A stretch of DNA of 64,000 nt from Lytechinus pictus (Eukaryota). Position numbers and translations under genes: made by a program. Position 1 is the stretch's first letter. The number at the start of each line of letters is the position of its first letter. Positions 1-10,999 of the stretch are shown one piece after another. A model generated the notes under the pieces. That model made no database searches, was not told the DNA's origin, and saw only the letters and a program-made list of their open reading frames with translations. The DNA is taken from the NCBI RefSeq assembly GCF_037042905.1, contig NC_087245.1, positions 35,404,001 to 35,468,000 of the forward strand, given 5' to 3'.

Positions 1-1599
1 TGAAGATATTGGGTAGCGATCATTTTTATGTGAATAAAGATAAATTAAGATTGCACTTATATAAGATACACAATATTTTATTTTGTCTTCGCAACATGAC
101 AATTACAAAGAAAGTTGTTCTATTTTCTTTGTAATCCTATGCATATATATTGCAGTTTAAAACCTGTGTGTGATAGAAGGAAAGATAGGCATCTGTGGAC
201 CTAAAACACAAACTTGATGGTAGGCCTGATTAACATTGATTGTTTAATCAAGTGTAATAGAAACTAGTTTAACACAATCGTATTAGCGGTCTTCCAAAAC
301 AGTTTGGAAAACCACCTTGCGATGTGGTTTTTCTAGACCGCTTTACCTCCTTAAACTAGTTCAAGCATAGGTGAGGACACAACTGTTCTTCGGGAAGCGA
401 TGTTCACACGTGTTGGGCGTGCTATTCCACAATTAATTTCTTATGGATTTTATTGTTTTTTGAATTCTTATGCATTTCTTTGTTTTTTCAAACCTTTGTT
501 TTTCTGATGATTTTTGTCAGGGACCCTTTTGCGATCATAAATAGCATAAAATGAATACATTTAAACCAACAAAAGTAAAAATAATCATACATTTATGATT
601 TTTGGTTGAAAAACACAATGTGCATTGACTTTGTACACGGAATCACGTCTTTTGAGCAGAAAATGCAATATTTCAAATATACCACTTAAGCATAATTTTA
701 CACTTAGTGAAACACCCCCCCCCCTTGTCTAATCTTTGCCAATCAAATCACAACCAACATCAGCATCTAATAACATACAATGCAACTTGTTATTGATGTC
801 AAGTTTAGTGAAACCATGAAGCTATAGCTTCATGGTGAAACATTGCCTACATGTACCAAAATTGTTGCACTTTGAGAATGGGGCATTATTTATAGTGTGT
901 ACTTAAAACTAGGACAATTATATATCTATATGTCTCTCATTATTTTTCTGGAAATTTAACTTAGTAGCTCTCAGTCTCAGATAGAGTGATTGCCATGATG
1001 GTGTTGTGTATTGTTTTATACCCCAATATATTCTATATTGTCATTGAAAACAACTTGCTACATGTATGTTATGTTTCTGTGGGTTTTTTTTATGTGTGAT
1101 TCATAAATTTGTATTTCTCCCTTATCACAAACTGATCATTGTATTCTGTGAAAATGCTTGGCTTGTCCTTTCATAGGTTTTTAGTTTTATATTACTGCCT
1201 TGGATAGTTTCATTAACTATACCATACATTAGAATTAATAATTGTTTTTATTTTATATTGATGTTTTTTATGTACATATCAACAATATGAAACAATCAAG
1301 AAGTGATGATATGTATGTATTTCAGTTGGAAAATGAAAATATTTCATGGAAAAGGTTATTTAGAAAATTTCATTCATTGAGAAATCACTGTGTGATATTT
1401 GAAACAACAAGTACTCTACCCCCCTTTAACAGTTTTGAGCAAACTTCTACTACTACTCCTAGTTCCTACTACTACTATTGATAATAAAGTAATATCAATA
1501 ATAATGAAAATCTATATTTTATTGTTCGAAATAGAAATCTTCCAAAAAGTAATTTTGGCCAGTTGATCGTGGGCCTGGCAGCCACTGAGCCATTAATGC

Positions 1600-1760
1600 T
1601 ACATTAAGTTGTTCTTTCCCCTAATGTAAAATCGTTGAACGCCAAACCGGGAAGCAGCAACTCCCATCTTTAAATATCTTTCGGTCTGACGAAGCCAGGG
1701 CTTGACTGCCCGACCTCCCGGCTCTGAGAAGGATACTCTACCAACTGAGCCCAACTTACC
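1600..1760 (-). mobile_element. Degenerate tRNA-derived SINE (body resembles the Nin-type domain)
   Basis: The - strand has A-box-like GGCTCAGTTGGTAGAG, a degenerate B-box, then GTCAGACCGAAAGA..TAAAGATGGGAGTTGCTGCTTCCCGG. Confidence 0.5.
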
Positions 1761-1782
1761 TGTAAAGAAAATATTCAAATTA

Positions 1783-2665
1783 ATTATACCCCTGCAGAAG
1801 GAAGTTTGAAGGGGGTAATGTAGAATCAGCGTTTGGTTTGGTGCATGGGCGGTGGGTCGGTCCATCCATTGCAAATCTTGCGGGTCAAACTACTTTCTGA
1901 TTCTTATAAATGAAATTTGAAATACTAATTTGTCTTGGGGTAAAGATGTGTGAGACACATTTTTCGCATATGTCAGAAATTGTGTTGCCATGGTAATGGT
2001 ACACTTTATTACTGCAAAATCTTGCATTTCAAACTACGGTACTTATTTTTTTACCAATTCTCATGAAATTTGGCACACACATTGGTTTTGAGGTGAAGAT
2101 GTGCAGGACATATATTTTGCTAGTGTTGGAAATTGTGTTGCCATGGTAACGGTATATTAAATGGTGAAAATTAGGTAAAAATTTTGTGGTTCAAACTAGT
2201 TTATCAGTTTTCAACCCTTTTCTCATAAAATTTGGCTCACACATTTATTTTGAGGTGAAGATTTGCGAGACACATTTTTGTGTGTGTCTTAAATTGTATT
2301 GCAATAGTAACAACATATGGAAAAAATTAGGTGAAAATCTTGCAGTTCCAAGAACTTCATCAGTTTTCAACCAGTTCTCATAAAGTTTGAATCGCACATT
2401 AGTCTTGAGGTAAAGATGTGCAAGACACACATTTGTCAGAAATTTTGCCATGGCAACCACATATTATGGCAAAAAAAACTAAGAAAACTCAATGTGGATC
2501 AAACTGCTTCCCCAGTTTTTATCCAGTGCTCATGGAGGTTGGCACAAATATTCATCTTGGGGTAAAGACATGCAGGATTCATGTTCTAAATATGTTGGAA
2601 ACTGTATTACCGTGGTAACGGCACAGGGCAGGGATATTAATCACCTTCAGTGATATTTCTAGTTT
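1783..2665 (+). mobile_element. Helentron-associated (HINE/DINE-1-like) element with about five internal ~155-bp tandem units
   Basis: 5' TATACCCCTGC and 3' GCAGGGATATTA subterminal inverted repeats, short 3' hairpin ATCACcttcaGTGAT, CTAGTT end in T-rich flanks, central tandem array. Confidence 0.65.
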
Positions 2666-3640
2666 TATGCTAATAGTACAAGAGACCTGGCAAGATAAGA
2701 CAAATTGAATATTTAAATTTCAGGTTATTGAGGTATGAAAGTTAACTAAAAAAATGTGTATGTTTGTATTTCAAAAAATGGATAATTGCAAAATATATTG
2801 TAATTCATTGGATGATATTGATAATAAAGTATGAAATTTATTTACATTTGCTTTATGTGTATTCGGTTTCATTTTGTAAACCAAAATATGTATTTATTAT
2901 GTTTTAAAAATTTGTATAAGCCAGCCTTAAAATCAAGTTTATTAGAATAAAGGCAATACAAATAGGGCACCATTGCTGTGTGAGAAGAAAGCCCATATAA
3001 ATAGTTTAGTTTTAGCTTGTTGACACCAAGTACAGGCATGACACGATTGGAGTGTCAAAAATGAAAAAAAAAATATGGGAAAGCATAGGCCCAAGTTTCT
3101 GGAGTTAAAGACCCTGAGGCAGAAAATGATATGTTTTTAATACCAAATTTAATTTATGTTTTCTTTTTTACTTCTCATATTGGTCTTGATTTTCAAATTA
3201 GCTATAATTCCTGATTAGTGGAAAGAACACATGTAGAAAAAAATCTAAATATGGTGTAAATTTCACCAGTTGCCAAAACTTTTGAGATAACTTTTCAAGA
3301 TTTTTCAGTGTGTTTAGAACAAAAGTTAAAAATTTCCTAATTTTGGAAACCTCAATAAATTTAGTTGATTCTCCCCGAGATTCCCTATCCCTTTTCATTT
3401 TTTTTTGGGGGGGTCAAATTTTATTTCAAAGTCATTGTGTTCTCTCCGGGAATGAGGAGCCCTTTTTTTTCCATTCCTAAGAATTCGACTCACTATTTCA
3501 CCTCTTCTGTCCCCCCCCCCCTTCCTGACATTTTTTTTTACCCTTGCAATTTTACCTTCTGCCTCCCCCCCCCCCCCCTGTAACTTTTTCTCTGCCATCC
3601 CTGCTGTTTTTACCTCAGTTTGCCATTTTAAAACCTGCCA

Positions 3641-4057
3641 TTTTTGGTGAGATTATAGGCGCCGCTTTTCCGACGGCGGCGGCGGCGTCAACATCAAAAT
3701 CTTAACCTAAGGTTAAGTTTTTGAAATGACAGCATAACTTAGAAAGTATATGGACCTAGTTCATGAAAATCGGCCATAAGCTTAATCAAGTATTACTGAA
3801 CATCCTGCCTGAGTTTCACGTCACATGACCAAGGTCAAAGGTCATTTAGGGTCAACGAACTTTGGCCAAATTGGGGGTATTTGTTGAATTACCATCATAT
3901 CTCTGTAAGTGTAATGGTCTAGTTCATAAAACGTGGACATAAGAGTAACCAAGTATCACTGAACATCTTGTGCGAGTTATAGTAGGTTTTAAAGTCAGCA
4001 CTGCTGCTATATTGAATCGCGTGATGCAGGTGAGACCGCCAGAGGCATTCCACTTGT
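3641..4057 (+). mobile_element. HINE-like element, family with further copies at about 22022-22290 and 42714-43231
   Basis: Shared TATAGGCGCCGCTTTTCC(GGC)n 5' part and GTCACATGACCAAGGTCAAAGGTCATTTAGG core; 3' GATGCAGGTGAGAC subTIR, then CTTGTT. Confidence 0.65.
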
Positions 4058-4388
4058 TGTTCTTATGTTTATTTTTTTTTTAGATGGGACACTTCTCTAA
4101 TTATTAAATAACTATAAAAGAAAAATCATGGTGGTCCGGGGATGGTGATCACTCTGCTTAGCTCGTACATGGAAATCGGTGACGATTAAAATTGGCAGAG
4201 GTGAACATGTGCATTGTGGGTATTGATCGGTGTTCATGATGAGGGAGGGGGTGGTGACTGACACCAATATCGTTCTCACCGAGGGATTTTTTTTTCTTAG
4301 TTTAAGGGGGGGATTTATCGGCGTAATGAGTCTAAATCTAAATTTTTAGGTGACCAGATGGCGTAAACGGCTACTGTAAGCATATTAA

Positions 4389-4800
4389 AGGGATGGTCCG
4401 GGCTGGAAGTATTTATAGCTTAATAAATAGAGTAGAAGTCACTGAGCAAAATGCCGAAAATTTCATCAAAATCGGATAACAAATAAAGTTATTGAATTTT
4501 AAAGTTTAGCAATATTTTGTGAAAAAATCGTCATGAATATTCATAAGGTGGGCTGATGATGTCACATTCCCACTTGTTCTTTTGTATTTTACTATATGAA
4601 ATAAGGTTTATTCAATTTTTTTCCTCCAAGAACTAGAAAAAAAGTGGGGATGTGGCATTATCAGCCCACCTAATGAATATTCATGACAACTGTTTTCACA
4701 AAATATTGCTAAACTTTAAACTTCAATAACTTTGCATTTTGCTCAGTGAATTCCACTCTATGACTGTATACCATCCTTTTAAGAATTTGGACCTTTACCA
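4389..4800. mobile_element. Truncated TTAA-flanked (Kolobok-like) MITE; related fragments near 23590-23960, 61090-61450 and 62350-62640
   Basis: TTAA|AGGGATGGTCCGGGCTG left end; the matching right end CAGCCTGGACCATCTCT|TTAA is seen near 23944-23964; internal inverted arms. Confidence 0.6.
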
Positions 4801-4907
4801 AAAACCAATTTTTATAATAGACTTTGACAGGATATTTAGAAAATTATTACACCTTTTTAAAAATTTTCTTCCTTTTCTCCTTTCTTGGTCGTGGAACTTT
4901 TTTTGGA

Positions 4908-5080
4908 GGGTCCATGTCCCCTATTAGTCCCATCTGTACGCCAGCGGGGTAGGGGGTCCATGTCCCCTATAAGTCCCACATCTGTATGCCAGCGGGGTAG
5001 GGTGTCCATGTCCCCTGTAACTCCCATATCTCTACGCCAGCGGGGTAGGGTAAGGGTCCTTGTCCGCTATAGTCCCACAT
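4908..5080. repeat. Minisatellite, about 47-bp unit, about 3.5 copies
   Basis: Repeated GTCCATGTCCCCTATAAGTCCCA(CA)TCTGTACGCCAGCGGGGTAGG. Confidence 0.85.
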
Positions 5081-5238
5081 GAAATTTTTGGATATTTTAT
5101 ATATTTAGCCCGTAAAATTGAACATTGTGAGCAGCTTTTGTTATCATCATATGGGAGTATCTAACCAAACGATCCATGCGAGCGCAAAGCGCGAGCTAAA
5201 ATTTTAAATATACTGGCCAGAAAAAAAGACCTGTTTAA

Positions 5239-5820
5239 AGGAGAATGAAACTCTTGGAGCAAGTTAGCTTTTGTGAAAGCAGAAAAATCAAAGAATAAGA
5301 TCAACAAAACTTTGAGTAAAATAGGACTAGCAATAAAAGAGTTATGAGCATTTGAATGTCGAGATCACTAATGCTATGGAGATCCCCCATTGGCAATGCG
5401 ACCAAGATCTGTGATGTCACACACGTACAACTCTCCCATTCGGACACTGAAAATATACCCCAAAATATCTCTTTTTGCTCATTCTAATCATATGACAAAC
5501 GATTCATCAATGATATAATGTTGTGAAACCTCTGTACTTGTCATCTCATAAAGAAAACACATAACCTTGTGATAGACTCTATAAAAGTGAGAATATAAGT
5601 GAAATAAGTACTAAAGTAATGAGGGAGTTGTACGTGTGTGATATCACAGATCTTGGTCGCATTGCCGATGGGAGGATCTACATGGCACTAGTGATCTCAA
5701 TATTCAAATGCTCATAACTTTCTTATTATTCATTCAATCTTCCTCAAACTTTCAACAATATGTTTCTTTGATTTTTCTCTTTGATATGGATTCAGCTAGT
5801 TTCAAGGGTTTCATTCTCCT
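5239..5820. mobile_element. Complete Kolobok-like MITE with long TIRs and TTAA TSD
   Basis: TTAA|AGGAGAATGAAAC ... GTTTCATTCTCCT|TTAA; arms stay complementary for about 200 bp (e.g. GATCTGTGATGTCACACACGTACAACTC / GAGTTGTACGTGTGTGATATCACAGATC). Confidence 0.85.
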
Positions 5821-5829
5821 TTAAGACTG

Positions 5830-6560
5830 TTCGCAGTGATCCATGATTTCTCTCCAATCCAAAAGTGCGAGCGCGAAGCGCTGGCTAAATCATTTTACAT
5901 TTCGATCTGAAAACTCGATTGTAGCCTAACCATGAAGAGGATGGATATATTAACCAAACAATAATTGATGCGCGCGCGAAGCACGAGCTGAACAGAAAGT
6001 TTTTCATGCACTGTTGGTAGAGAAGTGCGAGCTGACAACTCTTAATGTTTTTACTTGAAAACTTAACATCTCCACAGTTTTTGTGGAAAGAACAAACTTG
6101 GATTCCGCATATTTGATTGAACAAGTTGTATATATGTCAATAAACATGATGCGAGTGCAAAGCGCGAGCTGAAATTTTTGGTATAGTACTGACCCGACAT
6201 GGAATTTTAAGCACTGTCCAACATGAAGAAAAATTGTGGACAGAATATTGATCTCACTGAAAAGGCCTATGATGCGAGCGCGAAGCGCGAACTGATTTTT
6301 TTTTTAGATTTAGACTTTAAACCGGAACATTCTTATCACCAGCTGTTGGTACAAAAGCGCATGCTGAAACTTTTGAATCATCTTTTAACTTGAAAACTTA
6401 ACATTTCACACGTTTTTATATAAAGAACAAACTCAGACGCGGCATATGCAATTTAACAATCTGTGTATCTTAATGCGTGCAAAATTTTTACTAAATATAT
6501 GATGTGAGCAAGAAGCGAGAGATGATTTTTTTTTTAGATTTAGACCTCAAAACGGAATTG
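5830..6560. repeat. Degenerate tandem repeat with GCGAGCGCGAAGCGCGAGCTG core; also near 5170, 56200-56550 and 58350-58900
   Basis: The motif recurs at roughly 100-bp spacing in several blocks of the window. Confidence 0.7.
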
Positions 6561-7657
6561 CCGGTAGCCTACAGAGAGCTTGATCCCCACGATTCCATAG
6601 CGAAAAAATCCCAAAATAATGATAATAGTATGCAATTTGACATTATTTTACCGACAAAGATTGTCAAACTCAAATACCGAGCAAGAACAAGGTACAGAAG
6701 CAGTTGGAACAGCCCTGCGTGACCCGACAGTTTGCTATTTTCCCGACAAACGTCACTCCAACATCCCTGCGCTCGCGTAACAGACAATTTATAATTTTTC
6801 CAACATCTCAGACTCCCCACCTTTAATTACACCGACACACAGGTCTACCTATAATCAAAACCTTATTCATCCCATTATCTTCTCTTTCTGATTTTTCTCC
6901 TTCCTTTTGTTTTCACTTCCTCTGTACGTGCCCCTCTTTTTCTTTCTTTCTTTTTATTCTTAATTTATTTTCCTCTTTCTCTTCTCTCCCTTTTTCTTTC
7001 CTTTCTCTCTTTTTTTTTCTTCTCGCCCTTTTCTTCTCTTTCCCGACGGCAGCGCTGATTTACCGACTATATCGAAAAAAAGGGGGGGGGGGGGGAGTGT
7101 CACACCCCCACACATCCACCTTTTTTGCGACGGCGCCCTGCTTGGGACCCCTGCAGGGACCGTAAAAATAATACCAGGCATTTTATGAATAACGGGGTCT
7201 ACGGAACGGGATCGCGGTACTGGGAAAGGAGTCCAAAGGGGTCTTTTGTCATTTGGAGTATTATTGACTTTGACCTTGAAAACCCCCAAACCACTTTCCC
7301 CACCCCGCATTCCTCGTAACTTTTTGGGGTAAATGTTAATGACATCCATACAAACTGAAATCAATTAAAAAACCATTTCCAATAAATTTATTCCAGATTG
7401 GCTATAATAGGGTATTTAGGGATCTTAAAATTAGGTCTGAAGGCCCCCCCCCCCGGGAGGGAGGGGGGGGGGGTCAGCAAAGCGGCACGTCCTCATACCC
7501 AGGGTCGCATCTAGTTTTTTTTTCCAAGGCGGGGGTTCGACTGAGAAATCTGACAAGCAAAAAAAATGTTCACTATATAAATAATGAAGGTAATTTGGTC
7601 CCGAATAGTTGAAAATCACACAAAAAAAGGGCTGGCTCCGAAATATATAGGTCATAT

Positions 7658-8106
7658 TAGACAGCTGGCAGCCGTCGTTTCGAGGAGTTTTTTAACTTTT
7701 TTTATTTTTTTTATTTCTCCTCGTACACAGACGGCTCGCTAGCGTGCAGCCACCATTAGGGGACTTGCAATGCAAAATCCCCCCGTCGGGGCTCTTCAAT
7801 TTTTGTCTTTAATGAATAAAAATTTTGAAAATTAACGCGACCAAAATGCAAATTAATATTCCCTCTTGGCATTAATTGCCAAAAAACTGAGAAAAATCAA
7901 GTTAAAAGGAACAAAAACAGTGACTTACCTCGGCTGTCGCGCAAATTCACTTCCCCGTTTTATCCGATCTTAAGTACATAAACATATGGCCATTGAGTCC
8001 CCTGTACAGATCGCGCTAGAACTTCGGTCTCTGTATTTGGTGAGTGATGAAGCCAACGGAGTTCAGCTGAAAAACCAACATAACAGAGACCGAAGCTTTT
8101 GGTCTA
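7658..8106 (+). mobile_element. Non-autonomous DNA transposon with TAGAC...GTCTA ends and a 9-bp TSD; copies at 9149-~9270 (partial), 9822-10245 and 33626-34056 (inverted)
   Basis: AGGTCATAT directly flanks both ends (7649-7657 and 8107-8115); copies align over about 430-450 bp. Confidence 0.85.
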
Positions 8107-8299
8107 AGGTCATATGTGAGCCCCCCCCCCCCCCCCCTCCGGATACAACTGTGAGAAATTATGCAACAGCTTTAGCAACTTTTTTAATTTTTGATATGTT
8201 GTGAAAGAAATGAGTATAGAGAATTTAAGCTCCTACCATTGTTCTCTATCTTCTCTCTATTTATTTCACAAAACTATATACATTATTATACTAGGAAGA

Positions 8300-8649
8300 T
8301 GAAACAGGCCAGAGACAGAGAAAACCCGGCGAGAAAAAGACCTTCGGGAAGACCTTCCATCCTTCCCGTAGGACGCCATCTGCGGACGTTCGTTGTGTCG
8401 ATTGTATAACGGTACCTTGTATAACTCCGGCGCAGCTACGGTATGCTGCACTGCACTGCACTGCGTAAATACGGTTTATGTGCAGTGGTGCAGCTGGTGC
8501 CGGTGTTTTGTAACATAGACACAGCTACAGTACAGGCGTCGATCGGATGCGATGTTCTCAATCTTATAACTGGCAAAGAAGTGTATTAATTCATGCAAAA
8601 CGTATGAAAATCAGATTGACTGGAACACAAGAAGACGTAACAAGATAAG
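8300..8649. promoter_or_regulatory. NDUFV1 promoter / 5' UTR, possibly bidirectional
   Basis: CpG-enriched patch directly upstream of exon 1; YY1-type AGATGGCG on the - strand at 8374-8381; (TGCAC)n repeat near 8448-8463. Confidence 0.55.
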
Positions 8650-8695
8650 ATGGCACTTTCAAGCAGAGGGATATCATTTTTGAGGGCAGGAGTTG
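8650..8695 (+). CDS. NDUFV1: NDUFV1 coding exon 1 of 13 (mitochondrial presequence start, MALSSRGISFLRAGV); whole CDS 8650-22447, 471 aa
   Basis: ATG in aagATGG context; Arg/Ser-rich peptide with no acidic residues; GTAAGG donor at 8696; phase 1 joins exon 2 in frame. Assigned by phase and composition, not by conserved sequence. Confidence 0.8.
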
Positions 8696-9477
8696 GTAAG
8701 GAATCAAGATCTAGCAGTAGCATTGAAAACCATTGAAAACGAACGCTTGTTCAATGTTATTGACTATAGTTGAGTATTGTTGTTTGTTATACCGCCTTAC
8801 CGGCAATTATATACCGCATCTACTGGAAAAATGTAACAGTTGTTCCTGCAGTCAAGTTTCCAGGTCTATCTTGTTGTCTTCCTAGCTTGGATAAGTTCGA
8901 AAAGTGAGTCTGTGCTTTTTGTGCAATGTGCTGTGCCAATGACTGTGAATGTATTGAAATGAAAAAGGCACTATCATGACTATTCCCATGCGTGAACATA
9001 ATTAATGCCACGCAGACCAGAACTTGTCTAACTTTGTCTTGAAGCCATGTTGCCATGTTTCATGTTCAAATTGTTGTTAATGTTATGTTAATCACTCATG
9101 TTGTTAAATTGAAAGCAAAATTCAAGTTTTAACGTTAGGCCTTAGAGTTAGACAGCTGGCAGCCGTCTGTTTCGAGGAGTTTTTAAACATTTTTCAATAT
9201 TGTTTTTCTCCTCAAGCATGATTAGCCATGGCATTGATTAGGGGGTTAACAATCATACAATGCAAAATCCCACCGACACAACGAGCAGTATGATGGTGGT
9301 CCCCAGGCCAAGGGCCCATGCAAGCTAAGTCTGCATCTAACGATTTGAGTAAAGATTTAACATGAACTTTTATTTCACAAAATCTTTCTGTTAATAATGT
9401 TCCCTATATTATCATGAGTAAGTGTACCAAATATCTCATTAAAATTTGAAAGAAATATAGGATTTTCTTTGAAAAGA

Positions 9478-9780
9478 CGTCGGGCAGTCATTTTCAGATT
9501 GAAAAAAAATGGTACCCCATGTCTGCGCACCCATTCACTTTGCACACGATTCGGGTATTTTGATGAGAAAGGCTGCATTTGAGGCCGTCACATGAAATGC
9601 CCAAAATTCATTATTTTTCCATCATTTTGAGTCAGATTTTTTAATGAATATCTGTCTATGTGGTGCATGCGTGCATGTGTAAAGTTTGTGTTCGTTGCGT
9701 ATCTTCTTTTACTAGAATCGCGCAGATACGCGTGTGCGCAGACAAGGGGGACTGCGCAGACTTGGGGAAACTTGCCATAA
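9478..9780 (+). repeat. Interspersed repeat, second copy at about 41035-41357
   Basis: Shared GCACCCATTCACTTT, GGCTGCATTT(T)GAGGC.GTCAC.TGAAATGCC and GCGTATCTTCTTTT.CTAGAA blocks. Confidence 0.7.
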
Positions 9781-9821
9781 AGCGTGTACGTATGTGTGTG
9801 TGTCCTAATTCTAGTCTGGAG

Positions 9822-10245
9822 TAGACAGCTGGCAGCCGTCTATTTCGAGGAGTTGTTTAACATTATAATTTTTTTTTCTCCTCGTACACAGACGGCTCGC
9901 TATCGTGCAGCCACCATTAGGGGATTAACAATGCAAAATCCCCTGTCGGGGCTCATAGATTTTTGTCTTTATTTCATAGAAATATGTAAAAAGAATTTGT
10001 CCAATAAAGATTATTGATATTCCGTTTTGGCCTGAAATGCACCAAAATGGGGAAGAAAAAAAAAAAAGGGGAAAAAAGTGACTTCAGCTGTCGCGCAACT
10101 CCCACTTCCTTGGTTTATCCGAACTTATATGGCCATTGAGTCCCTGTACAGTTCGAGTTAGAACTTTGGTCTCTTAACTTAGTGAGTGGAGCCAACAGAG
10201 TTCAGCAAAACGACCAACATAACAGAGACCGAAGCTTTTGGTCTA
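9822..10245 (+). mobile_element. Second full-length copy of the TAGAC...GTCTA element, in NDUFV1 intron 1
   Basis: TAGACAGCTGGCAGCCGTC start and CAACATAACAGAGACCGAAGCTTTTGGTCTA end are identical to the 7658-8106 copy. Confidence 0.85.
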
Positions 10246-10363
10246 CGGTACCAGTCACAATTCTTTGACTACCTGTTTACCTGTTCCAACCAGAGAACAA
10301 TAGATTCAGTGGATCAAATCTATTGTTCTCTGGTTGAAACAAGGTAAATTGAGACTGGTACTG
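10246..10363. mobile_element. Small palindromic TA-flanked MITE (Tc1/mariner-like ends)
   Basis: TA|CGGTACCAGTCACAATT ... AATTGAGACTGGTACTG|TA with inner perfect stem AACCAGAGAACAATAGATT / AATCTATTGTTCTCTGGTT. Confidence 0.65.
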
Positions 10364-10999
10364 TATCTTACCATCACCACTGCTCCTTGCATCACATTGA
10401 CTACCCTATTCAAACTGAGAATGAGATTTATTGGTGCTTTATCATGTAACGTCCATCTTAAATATGTTTGACATTCAATTAATGTAAAGCTTAGAGTCTC
10501 CTCGTCTATCTTGCATTAATAGTTATATGATACATATTTCTCACGTGAGTGAGTAAAATAATATTAAGACAGTTTATAAAAAATTGGTTGGCAGATGATA
10601 TCTGAATTAAAAAAAAATAATATGTTTAATAAAATAGTAAATATATCTGCTCTTTAATGTGGTACCTTATTCCAAGGAAATGGTCTAGGAATACCAAATT
10701 TGATTTTCTTTAATGTAACACCTAAATTTCCATAATTTTCATTATTTAACAAAGAAGTTTTGCAGCCTACATGTAGCTGACAGACTTGATCATCATTTAG
10801 ATTTCTGCACTGTTGACAATTGGCCATGCATGAGTCTGTTGTTAACTATGCCATTGCTTTGGTAGCCCATTCTGTGAAAATGCAAACTGAAGTTGCCTGC
10901 CTGTATGTGTGGAACAGGGGAGATTCATTGTCACTGTCACATGGGAACAACCAAATAAAAACAATATTCACATCAGCCATGCCTTTAACTCAGATTCTT

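Noticed and set aside
1880..2620. CRISPR-like or regularly spaced array
   Set aside because: The whole ~155-bp unit repeats with no unique spacers, it sits inside a HINE, and the context is eukaryotic with no cas genes.
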